A DNA stretch of 62,927 nucleotides, counting the filler, from Reclinomonas americana ATCC 50394 (taxonomy: Eukaryota), in NCBI GenBank assembly GCA_048213135.1. It is 8 parts of 3 records of this genome, joined end to end, with 100 filler letters (N's around TTAATTAATTAA, not from the genome) between each part and the next. Parts side by side here need not be neighbours in the genome. Positions count along the whole stretch, not along the records: positions 49,643 to 53,394 come from PS015047.1; positions 53,495 to 56,314 come from PS015048.1; positions 56,415 to 58,513 come from PS015048.1; positions 58,614 to 62,927 come from PS015048.1; 4 more parts are not named here. One strand, 5' to 3'. Made by a program: the position numbers and the translations under genes. Shown one piece after another: positions 52,640 to 62,927 of this stretch (position 1 is the first letter of the stretch; each line of letters opens with the position of its first letter). The notes under the pieces were generated by a model, which did not search any database, was not told where the DNA came from, and was given only the letters and a program-made list of their open reading frames with translations.

Positions 52640-53394
52640 ATGCTCACCGAAGCCGAAGTGGCGACTTTGGCGCGCCAATGTGGCCTGAATGTGACTCTGC
52701 GCGATTGCATCTCGGGTGATGCGTGTCGCATGTTGCGTAACTCTTGTCTTTGAGTGTGCGTGTGTGAGTGTGTGTTTGTGTGTGTCACACGCGCAAAGAC
52801 ACACGTGTGTGAGTGTGTGAGGGAGCGTGCATGTGAGAGAGCAGCGTGTGTGCATTGGGTGCATATTCTGTCGAGTTTGCATTAGAGGAAGAACTCGCAC
52901 ACTCGCACACACACACACTCTCTCTCTCACACACACTCTCTCTCTCACTGTGTGTACGCAGTTCTTGTCTCCTCTTGGTAAACACATTCTTTCACCTGCT
53001 CTCTCTCTCTCACTCGTTCTTCTCACTCATTCTTGTCTTTCACATCCTTTCCTCTTTCTCACTCTTCTCTCACACACTTTGCCTCCCTCATCACAGGCTC
53101 AAGAAACCCGAGCTTCTCTCCTTCCTGCGCGCTCTCAACGACTACACCGGTCAACGCGCATCCATCACCGGCAACAAGCCCGACCTGGCAGCCCGCATCA
53201 CTCGCCTGGTTCGCCCCTTCTTCTCCATCCCACCACTGTGTCGCTCTCTCTCACGCACACACGCGCAGGTCAAAGAGTCGCCCAGTCGAGTCGCTGGCAA
53301 TCAGGCGCCGGCGGCGGCGGCGGCGGCGAAAGCAGCCGCGCCTGCAGTCGCGCAACCTCCGCGACCGGCGCAGCCTCCACGCCCTCCGGCGACG
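52640..53394 (+). CDS. SAP-like domain protein, 5' fragment (possibly SIZ/PIAS-like)
   Basis: LKKPELLSFLRALNDYTGQRASITGNKPDLAARI fits the SAP pattern L...EL...L......G.K.DL..RI; truncated by the linker. Confidence 0.5.
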
Positions 53395-53494
53395 NNNNNN
53401 NNNNNNNNNNNNNNNNNNNNNNNNNNNNNNNNNNNNNNTTAATTAATTAANNNNNNNNNNNNNNNNNNNNNNNNNNNNNNNNNNNNNNNNNNNN

Positions 53495-54797
53495 GGTGGT
53501 CGTCCCAGTCGTCGTGGTCACTGCTGGCGCCGATGGTACGGGTGGTCGGCGACCCGCCTGGCGCTGCTGCTGCTGTTGCAACTGCGCGGGAGTCGCGGGC
53601 ACGGCGGGGGCCGGCAGCGGTGGGAACAGCGACGAATGAGTGGAGAGCGGAGGCGACGTGCCATACACATTGGTTGGCGGCGTCACCACTCCGCTCGTGG
53701 TGCCTGAGAGAGGTGAACTGGTGAGGTGGTCCACGTCTTCCGCGGCCGCCGAATCCTGCAGAGCGGCCTCGTCCACTGTTGGTGCACCGGCTGCTTGCAT
53801 CATCGGCGCAGCCATCATCGGCATCATGTACGGCGACATGTACGCGTACATGTTGGGATGCATCATCATCTGCCCAGGTGGTGGCGTCGGCATGCGAACC
53901 ATGCCCGGGTGCGGTGCCAGAATCATCATGGGCATTCCGTTCGGCGCAGTAGCAGTGGTTGCGGTCATTGTTGATGGCGGTGAGGGGTGCGGCGAGTGTC
54001 CAGGAGTCACAAATGGCGAGCCAGACGCAGACGATGAGCCGCCAGCGACGGCTTCGTCAGCAGGCGGCGGGATGTACAGTGGCGGGTACGGCAGGGGACC
54101 GGCAGTTGGTTGGAAGTACAGCGTCTGCTGCTGCTGCGAGAGTGCCGCATCAGATGGCGCGCCTGCCTGCTCGGCTTGCGGCTGCTGCATCGCCGCCATG
54201 TGTTGGTGATGCATCTGCTGATACATGTGCCACGGGTAGTAGTAGTACTGCTGCTGTTGCATGTAGTGGTACGCCTGCCAGAACACCGAGAAGCACGTGA
54301 GTTCAACACATACATACCATACCACACACACACACACACAGGCAGGCGCACAAACCATGGCGGCCGCGGCAGCAGCTGCGTCAGCGGTCGGAGGGCGGAA
54401 CTCGGGGGCAGCCAAACTGAGTCCTTCGGAGGGTATCCAGTACCCACCGGCCTCGTCGTCCACATACTCGCCCTCTTCCTCGTCCTCCTCGTACTCATCG
54501 TCGCCGTCGCCGTAATACTCTTCCTCGGCAGCACCCTCACCCTCGACCGCAATCTCCTCGTGTTGCTGCGGTTCGGCAACCAATGTGTTGTTGGCCCCGG
54601 TGACATCCGTGGAGCATGTAGGATCCTCGGAGACGAGAGACGGCATGGCAGGCACGTCTGCAGCTGCAGTAGTGCCGCGACCTGAATTCGGCGGCGAACG
54701 ATCGGCCACCAAGTCGCGTGCATCGGGCTCCCGGGGAACATCTGCGCCGGGGGTCGGCGACGCAGCTGAAATCAAAGCCGCTGCATGCTCCTGCTCC
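53495..54797 (-). CDS. Low-complexity (P/M/Q/Y-rich) coding segment with a PAM2-like motif; probably the inverted N-terminal part of the PSP1 gene
   Basis: Open frame with an acidic patch, GLSLAAPEFRPP and one short intron; bounded by gaps at both ends. Confidence 0.75.
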
Positions 54798-54817
54798 NNN
54801 NNNNNNNNNNNNNNNNN

Positions 54818-55711
54818 ACCACCACCACCACGGCCGCTGCAACAGCAACACCGCCTGTTGCTGCTGCTGCTGCCGTTGCCGCCACCACTCCTGTCCCAGC
54901 CGCGCGCGCGACTGGACCTGTACAATATTTTCAAGGTTTGTGTGTCGGTCTTCTCTTCGTCTACCTTTTCTCTCTTTTGCTCACCCGCTTTCACAGTGGA
55001 GTTCAAGAACGACCGCCGTGGCACCTACATCAAGGATGACGCTCATTTCTCGTACACTGCCGGTGACTTTGTTGTGGTGAATGCCGATCGCGGCGACGAT
55101 GTGGGACGCATTGTCAAGCAGATCCCACAAGACAAGATTTTGTACCCGGAGCGGATCGAGAAGCGCATTCTCCGACCGGCGTCACCGGCGGAGAAGATTG
55201 CGCTGCGTGAAAAGTACGAGTCGGAGGAGGCCGTGCTGAAGCTGTGCCGCGAGAAAGTCGCCGAATGCCATTTGCCCATTGAGGTGTGTCTTTGAGTGTG
55301 CTCGTGCCGCTTGTTTGTGATTTGTGCTCATGCGTGCGCGACTCGTGTGTGTTCTCCTTGCAGCTGGCATACGTGGAGTACCAGTTCGATCGGAAGCGAC
55401 TGACGGTGTACTACTGCTCGAATGAGCGAATCGATTTCCGGCATTACGTGCGTGAGCTCTTCCAGTTGTTCCGCACGCGTATCTGGATGCAGCACATCCA
55501 GGAGGATGACGGCACACACCAACATCACCATGGCCACCACCAACACCAACAGCAGCAACAGCAGCAGCATCACCACCACGAGGTGCCGCACCCGCCGGCG
55601 ACTGGCCGCAGTGGCAAGGGCCAGCAGCAGCAGCAGCACCATCACCACCAGGCCTCGCAGCAAGTGCAGCAACGCAAGGCCAGTGGAATCGGCGGCCGGA
55701 CACGCACGTGA
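54818..55711 (+). CDS. PSP1 C-terminal domain protein, 3' part
   Basis: YFQVEFKNDRR..GDFVVVNADRGDDVGRI..ILRPAS..E..E..CREKV..LPIE|LAYVEYQFDRKRLTVYY....RIDFRHYVRELFQLFRTRIWM, followed by a Q/H-rich tail. Confidence 0.92.
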
Positions 55712-56414
55712 AGGCCGCCAGCCACCATCTCCATCTTCTCCTATCTTCGTTATCCCCCCTGTTTTTTTGTTAATCGATTTGGTGCCGGGCTGCTCTCGTC
55801 GTCGCCCGCCGTGTCGGATAGTACACGAGCACGCGAGAGGGAGAGAGCAGCGATCAAAGTCGACCGTGTTATGCGACGAGGACAAGCACATGTGTGAAAA
55901 AATGAAATTGGGCCGCACCTTGTGTAAACCGTACATGGTAACAAGAAGAACACAAGCGAACAAGTGCTGTATCCCGCTTTTCTCACCTCTCTCTCTACAA
56001 TGCCTTTCATTTTGCTCACCACGCAAAAGCCGCGCAGACGCGCGAAAGGCCAGTTGAACCGTTGCCACGCGAAATGCACACACGAAAAGCACGAGGAAGA
56101 ATGTGCGGCACACATTTCATGCTCGCGACCGTTGATTGTCTGTGTAGTGCGCGTGTGACAAGAGCACGCACACACAATGGCCGGCTCCTCGACCAAACCC
56201 ATGGGTGGCTCCGTGGTCGAGTGGCTGGTACGCACGTTGTCTTCTCTCTCTGTGCGTGCGTGTCTCTCTCTCTCTTTCTCACGCGCGTGCGCAACAGGAC
56301 AAGGCACTTGATCCNNNNNNNNNNNNNNNNNNNNNNNNNNNNNNNNNNNNNNNNNNNNTTAATTAATTAANNNNNNNNNNNNNNNNNNNNNNNNNNNNNN
56401 NNNNNNNNNNNNNN

Positions 56415-58336
56415 TGGAATCGCGTTCACTGGCGTGTGATACACGAGCAGGCCGACGTCGGCGTTGCGGTCGATCGTTTCGTCGTACTTTTCTTGATCGT
56501 GGATCTTCCAGTTGTTGGAGGTCTGCGTGGCGACACGTCAGCGACCCACCACTCGTGCTTGTGACAAGAGGTGCGCAACGATGCAAGAGTGCCAGCGCGG
56601 CACAAGCCAGCGACTGCCTGTACCGTCGTTGTCTGGTCGGAAGACGGCCGGGTACTGGTCGAGACGTGAGTGCGACGAGGGACGGCCGTTGCCGAGGAAG
56701 TTGCGGCATTGCAGCAGAATGTTTGTGCCGAAACAGTGCCAGCCCTCGTTAGCTCGCTGTGCCATGCAGTAATGAGCATCATTGAAAAGCAAGAAAACAC
56801 AAGCACACACGCAATCGACGCACATGGACTTCGCTGTAGAAGGCACGCGACAGACGCCAGCGGTAGTAGTGATGAATGAGGTCCCGCGAGATTGGGCGGA
56901 GGGCCACAGAAAGGCCGAATGCTGAAAAGGCCACCAGCTCGCCGATGGACCACGCGTACTCGTCGTGTGACACCACCCGGCCGAAAATCGTCGTGTAGCC
57001 AAAGACGCGATACTGAAAGATCTGCACGTCGCGCAAACACAACCTCACGATCAGTTCCGCGCGAAACAGCAGCATCGGTGAGGACATGCCACTCACCGCC
57101 GACGACACGGTGCCATTCATTACAAACACCAAGATGGTGTTGATCGCGGGCAAGTAGACTCCAGGCGTACCCTTGAGTGCCACAAAGATGCTGAGTGCGA
57201 AGAACAGTAGCACTTCGTCAATGATCGGATTGGTCGACGCTGCAACACAAAACACAAAATGGTGGAGGTGAGTTGCTGTGCTTCCACGCTGCAGTTTTTT
57301 CCGCAAGCACCGACCTATCCACGAGAGTCCCGCCACGTAGAGCATGAGTGTGGTAATGTACCGGACTGCCTCCAGCACCTCGTACCACCGATTCGACGGG
57401 CTGAAGATAAAGTTGAGGATGTAACACAAAGCCATGATGCCGGCGAGGAGACACAAGCACAGGATCTGCAGCCACTCCTTGCTCGGGTTCATCATGTAGC
57501 CGATGATGGAGTCGCTGAGGATCATGCCAAAGAGAATGACTCGCGGAGCCACTGCAAGTGGTGCACACAAGTCAGCTAACACCACACACTGGCTGCATGA
57601 TGGCCACGCAACAGTCGATGGCCAGCATAAAGGCGAGTTTCAAGACGAGGAATACGACGGTGTAGACGATCGTCATCACCTTGTCGAAGCTCATCTCTCT
57701 TCCTGTGCAGCACAAGTACGACGCGTTCGACTTCATCTGGTCGATGAACTGCGGTGCCACTGGTGTCGCTGGCGCCTGCGCGTGACCGTCACGCACTCGC
57801 TGCCAGTGCACCGTGGCCTGCTCCACCAGCGCACTGCAGTGCGTCATCACCGGTGAGCGAACGCAGCAACAGAGAGAGAGAGAGCATGCCGACACTGAAA
57901 GCCGACGAAACCTGCAGGTGTAACCACCACCCGACACGCTCGACAAGTCCGACACCCGCAAGCCCTTTTCCATGAATCCCTGCAGATGCACGCGAGACAC
58001 AGACGGCAAAACGTTGATCAACCACTGCCCCTCTCTCGCAATCAATGCCGGCATTTTTCCGAACCGTCACGGCACCGGCGCAGAATGCCGCCGAGCGAAT
58101 GCCGCCACCCGAGCATGCAATCGCCCACTGCTGGTACTGCTGCCGTCCCTTGTCAAACTGGTCGGGGTTGATGATGGTTTGCGTGGCCAAATCTGGCTGG
58201 TTGTCGCCTGCCGACAAGCAAAACAAAACAAAGCAAGAGTGGGTGCGCGTGCGTGATGGTTTTCGTGTGTGCAGTGCACGTGTGTGTTTGTGTGTGAATG
58301 CACGTGTGCAGTTTGCGCATATTGTCAGAGAGCATT

Positions 58337-58367
<31 letters not shown>

Positions 58368-58488
58368 GTGCGTCGCACTCACCCGTGATGAGTGCGGCGC
58401 CGACTTCGATATCTGTTGATGATGACTGTCCTCCATGCCTGGCCGCCATCGGCGACGCCGGAAGTGGTGGTGCCGCCGCCGTCGCCAT
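56415..58488 (-). CDS. Patatin/cPLA2-like phospholipase with a multi-TM insertion; 3' end lost in gap
   Basis: Oxyanion loop AIACSGGGIRSAAFCAG, nucleophile elbow LSSVSGGGY, several TM exons, then IHHYYRWRLSRAFY. Confidence 0.75.
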
Positions 58489-59092
58489 GGTCTGCTCTCC
58501 GCACTGAACGAAANNNNNNNNNNNNNNNNNNNNNNNNNNNNNNNNNNNNNNNNNNNNTTAATTAATTAANNNNNNNNNNNNNNNNNNNNNNNNNNNNNNN
58601 NNNNNNNNNNNNNCACACACACATACAGGGAACAGCTTTCAGACAGAAAACACGGAGATTGCAGACGCACACACAGACAAACCTGTGGTTTTACATCGCG
58701 ATGCACCACTCCACGCGCATGACAGTACCGCAAAGCCTGGAACAACTGGCGAGAGATATCCTGTCCATCGAAACAAACAAGGTCGAAAAACCAGACAGAG
58801 TCGGTATGTCAGACAACTCGGCGCTGCACCACTCAGGTAACACACTCGCACTCTGTGCTTGCACGTGCGCCCACTGATGCACATGTGTACACACAGAGAG
58901 AAAGAGACACTGCGAGGGCCGTGCACGGAAGAGATTTCGAACAGTGCGAGAATGCAGGATTCATCACGGAAGGAAAGGAGCATGCATCACTGGTGCAGCA
59001 TCTGCACGCGCACCTTTTCTTCCCCAGAGAGAGAGAATGACAACGAGGCAAGCGTGCGTGTGTATGAGAATCAAGGTGAGTGGAGAACGCAC

Positions 59093-59576
59093 CTGCACGA
59101 GCTCTGGTCTCATGCCACTCTCGCACCCTCTGTCACCCATGGCCATCCACAAGTCGCGTTCCACCCACTCAAAGATCAAAAACACGCGATTCTTGAACAC
59201 CACCACATCCTCCAGTCTGGCACACGTGCATGAGACACACAGAGACAGACAAAGCAAGCAAAGGGAGAGAAAGGCGGAACTTTACAATGTTGTCGTGCTG
59301 CAACTCACGCAACAAGGCCACCTCACGCAGCGTGTGCGCAGGCACTCCATCTGTCTCTGTGGAGACCTTGGTGCGCTTCACCGCCACACGCCGGCCAAGC
59401 AGCGAGTCATACGCCTGGCCAAAACACAAGAGTGTAAGGGCGACATTGCGCAAACTCAAGACACACGCGCACGCACACACCTTCATCACGGTGCCAAACG
59501 CCCCCGACGCAATCTCCTCCACATCTTGCAGATAGGTCAGACGAGCGGCGGCACTGCCCTCGCTCTCGTCTTCCAT
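59093..59576 (-). CDS. Cyclin-dependent kinase, N-lobe exons only
   Basis: EEIASGAFGTVMK|AYD....RVAVKRTKV....DGVPAHTLREVALLRELQHDNIVK|LEDVV....RVFLIFEWVERDL. No HRD/DFG exons are visible before the gap; the start may lie further upstream. Confidence 0.85.
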
Positions 59577-59956
59577 TGGCAAAACGAAATCGGAAAATCT
59601 GTTTGCACTTTCATGTTCAACAAACCCATCAATGAGCGTCGTCAAGTGCAGCTTCTTTGTGTTTGATGTGGACGATGATGATCCGTGTGTATTGGTGCAA
59701 GAGGCGGTGAGAGTGTTGCTGTGTGGAGTGGGAGTGTCGTCGGTTGGATTGCCGCTGGTGCAGCCTCTGTCGTCATCGTCGTGGCTCTTGTCGTTGTCGG
59801 TGGCGGTGGTACTCAGCTGTGGTGGTGGTGGTGGTGACGAGGCGAGGGAGATGGCGGGCGCGGCGGAGGATGTGGAGAGGGTGAGGAAGAGAGATGCAAA
59901 GACTGTCAACCATATCAGCTGACGATGCGTGGTAGGATCTGTGCACTGACTGGTGG

Positions 59957-62047
59957 ATGATGCTGCCGGAGAGACCGCCTCGTGTGACGCTGCGCATGTT
60001 GCGAGCGAGTGACACGCCGTTTGTGGTGTCGCTGGCGCCCAAGTTCATTCGACCGGGAATGGTGCGTGTTCTCTCTTCAGCATTGCTCTCGTCGTGCTCA
60101 CGGGTCTCTTTGGTAGTCGGCAGAGAAGCGTGCGGAGTGTGAACGGCCTACGTCGTGCCTCTTCCTGGCGAATGTGCTGTTGACACAGGTGGAGGAGACG
60201 GTCCGCGATTTGTGCAGCGTGTGCGCCGGTGACGGTGTGCAGGCGTGGGGCATTCATCCGGGTCGGTCGGCCATGTCTGTGCGCTTCTCCAGCGTGCAAG
60301 AGGCGTGCGCCATCAAGGCTGCCATCGACGAGGGTCGTCTGGTGAATGGGCGCAAGTCGGTGTGCGCGTTTTGTGAGTTGCAGGAATTCGACTTTTGTGC
60401 GGCACTGGCGCGGCACCTGCCCACGGGAGAGCGGCAAGAGGATGTGATGGAGTCGGAGCATGTGCGAGTACCGGGGCTTGTCTTCATTCCCAACTTTGTC
60501 AGCGAGGCTGAGGAGGCGGAGTTGCTGCGGGCGATTGACGACTTGCCGTGGCACGATCTCAAGTCGCGCCGTGTACAACACTACGGCTACGCCTTCGACT
60601 ACAAGGTCAACAACGTCGACGTATCGCAGCCGCTGCCGGGTGGATTGCCCGAGTGGACGCAGTCGGTGGCGGCACGCATGTGTGCAGATCCGCAAGTGGT
60701 GAGCTGAGGTCGTTACCGACTGACCGCATGCCGTGTGGGTGTGCGTCTCACGCCGTGGTCTCGCCTCTCGCAGATGCCGTTTGAGCCGGACCAGTTGACA
60801 GTGAACGAGTACTTGCCGGGTGTGGGCATTCGACGCCATGTGGATACTCACTCGGCGTTCGAGGATGGCATCGCATCGCTGTCGCTCGGCAGCTCGACGG
60901 TGATGGAATTTCGCCATCCCGAAACGCAGGTGCACAAGCAAGTGCATCTGCCTCGACGCTCGCTGGTGGTGATGCTGGGCGAGTCGCGTTACGTGTGGAC
61001 ACACGGCATTGCTCTGCGCCTGTCGGACCGAATTCGTGGTCGTCGCATCATGCGCTCCCGGCGTGTGTCACTCACCTTTCGCCGTGTGCGGCCGGACAAG
61101 AACTGTCAGTGTGCGTACCCTGCACATTGTGATTCACGGTCGTCCTCCATGTCGGCCGTTCCGTCGGCAATGTCCATCGGCGACGTTGATCATCGGCCGG
61201 GAGTCGATGATGGCGATGGTCGCATGTTGCCGTCACTCGAGCGGCAGCATGTGTGGGACTTTTACAATGCGATTGGCAAGCACTTTTCCGCCACACGGTC
61301 TGTGCCATGGCCGGGCGTGCAGCGCTTCGTGGCGGAAGAGCTGCCTGTCAATTCGCTGGTGCTAGACATTGGATGTGGAAACGGTCGGTACATGGAATGT
61401 GTACTTGCACGAGGCGATCTGAGCTGTGCTATTGGATGCGATGCGTCGCGCACGCTGCTGGAGGTTTGCATCGAGCGTGGCTTGCAGCATGAGGTGTTGG
61501 CCGACTGCTGCGCTCTTCCGTTCCGCTCGGCGGTGGCCGATGCTGTGCTGTGTATTGCCGTTCTGCATCACATTTCGACCGAGTCGCGTCGACTGCGAGC
61601 GCTGCACGAGCTGTTCCGTGTGTGTCGCCCGAACGGATTGGTGCTGATTTATGTGTGGGCGTTTGAGCAGGTTTGGTGGTCAATTACAGGGCGATGATCG
61701 TCGTGCGCGAGTGAGTGCATGTACTGACTGCGCGTATGGTCGCTTCGCAGGATCGCCAGTCGATTCACCACTTTGAGAATGCCGACTGCTTTGTTCCATG
61801 GCACATGCCGTCGGCCTTTGCCGTCGACACGGGAGGCAGTGGTGATCAAGAGGGTGCAGCCGTCGATGGTGGTGACGGGGCATCGTCGTCAGCGAGTGGA
61901 GTCGACTTGAAACTGCACCAGCGGTACTGTCACGTGTACCGCGAAGGAGAGTTGGAGAGTCTCATTCGACAAATACCCGGGGTAGAGATTGTGCGCGTGT
62001 ATTACGAGCGCAGCAATTGGTGTGTGCTGGCTCGTCGAGTGGCTTGA
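59957..62047 (+). CDS. ALKBH8: tRNA wobble-uridine modifying enzyme ALKBH8 (RRM-like + AlkB 2OG-Fe + Zn + Trm9-like methyltransferase)
   Basis: RRVQHYGYAFDY, PDQLTVNEYLPGVGIRRHVDTHSAF, WTHGI..R..RVSLTFR, CQCAYPAHCDS, HVWDFYNAIGKHFSATR..PWP, VLDIGCGNGRY, RYCHVYREGEL, YYERSNWC. Confidence 0.96.
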
Positions 62048-62075
62048 CAATGTAGAGCGTCAGTACTTGACTCTT

Positions 62076-62927
62076 TCACTTTTTCAGGGCCGAGAACATA
62101 TTGGGCGCTCTCTTGGCTCTGGCCGCGGCCGCTGCCGCCGCTGCTGCCTCGTCGTCGCTGTCGTTGTCCTCGCCAAACACATTGAGTGGCTTGATTGGGG
62201 TTGTCTGTGGTCGCGAAGGCGGTAGTGTTGGCGGAGGAGTCGGAGCCGCACGCGCCAGGCTGCATGCACATCAGAGTACGTCAGCATCTTCATGAATGTG
62301 CAACAGAGAGAGAGAGAGAGAAACACGAACAACGGTGACGAGTGCGGGTGTGATGCAAAGCCGCTGGGGCTGGGCGCTAGTGGCGGTGGCGGAGGCGGTG
62401 GCGGTGGCGGTGGCGGTGGCGGCTGGAATTGAGATTGAGATTGGGGAATGCCGCCGAGCACGGCGCCGCCCGGAGCAAACCGCGATTCAAATTGCTGGCG
62501 GTCTCCCGGCGACGGCCGTGCGACCGCAGCTGCTTGGTGGCCACCATACGAGTCACTGAAGCGAGATCGAGGTGGCCGTCGATCATATTCTGGAGATGGG
62601 CTCCGTCGTCGAAATCGCGAACCTGGCGGCGACAGTGGCGAAGGACTGCGGCGGCGACGTGGGGGCGAGCGACTTCGTCGACGATAAAACTCTGGCGAAC
62701 GACTCCTCCGTCCACGATCGCCTGGAGATCGACTTTGTCGGCGATACGACTCTGGCGAGCGACTCCTTCGTCGTCGATCGATTGGAGAGCGACTCCTGCG
62801 ACGGTCGGAGGATGGTGTCGGCGACCAACGATTGCCGCGGCGTGAGTCCGGTGGAGATCTCCTATCGTATGGTCGAGGAGGAGCAGACGATGGTGGTGGT
62901 GGCGGTGGTGGAGGCGGCGGCAGTGAC
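62076..62927 (-). CDS. 3' end of an RS/RSP-repeat, Pro-rich protein (SR-related)
   Basis: Minus-strand frame DRRRSRSPIDRRRRSRSPESYRRQSRSPGDRGRRSRSPEFYRRRSRSPP, then poly-P, a phase-2 intron, and a last exon ending NVFGEDNDSDDE...NMFSALKK*. Confidence 0.7.

Overview
Draft-assembly window from a GC-rich, intron-dense eukaryote, probably a flagellated protist (it has CCDC180-like and IP3R-like genes); the organism cannot be named from sequence alone. It is several contigs joined by N-TTAATTAATTAA-N linkers, with 454-style TACG noise beside some gaps. In order: 5' part of a probable protein kinase (-); a complete ~14 kb IP3-receptor-like channel (-); a non-LTR retrotransposon Zn-knuckle fragment; a hypothetical gene; a secreted GGA/FxxN beta-helix protein; a CCDC180-like gene head-to-head with TMEM115; an unknown multi-exon gene; a tandem array of eight intronless 7-bladed WD40 genes plus one relic; AP2S1 head-to-head with an SPRTN-like protease; ARV1; a SAP-like gene fragment; a PAM2+PSP1 gene split by an apparent local inversion; a membrane patatin/cPLA2-like gene; a CDK fragment; ALKBH8; and the 3' end of an RS-rich gene. 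Three signals stand out. (1) The WD40 array looks like a diversifying receptor or adaptor repertoire: hypervariable top-face residues, repeat shuffling between paralogs, and a conserved, unassigned ~60-aa tail. (2) About 20 introns, placed by reading frame, use a +1-shifted donor GTTG[ACG]G. (3) The IP3R-like channel has lost key IP3-binding residues and has a non-canonical selectivity filter. All gene models were spliced by eye and no database searches were run.
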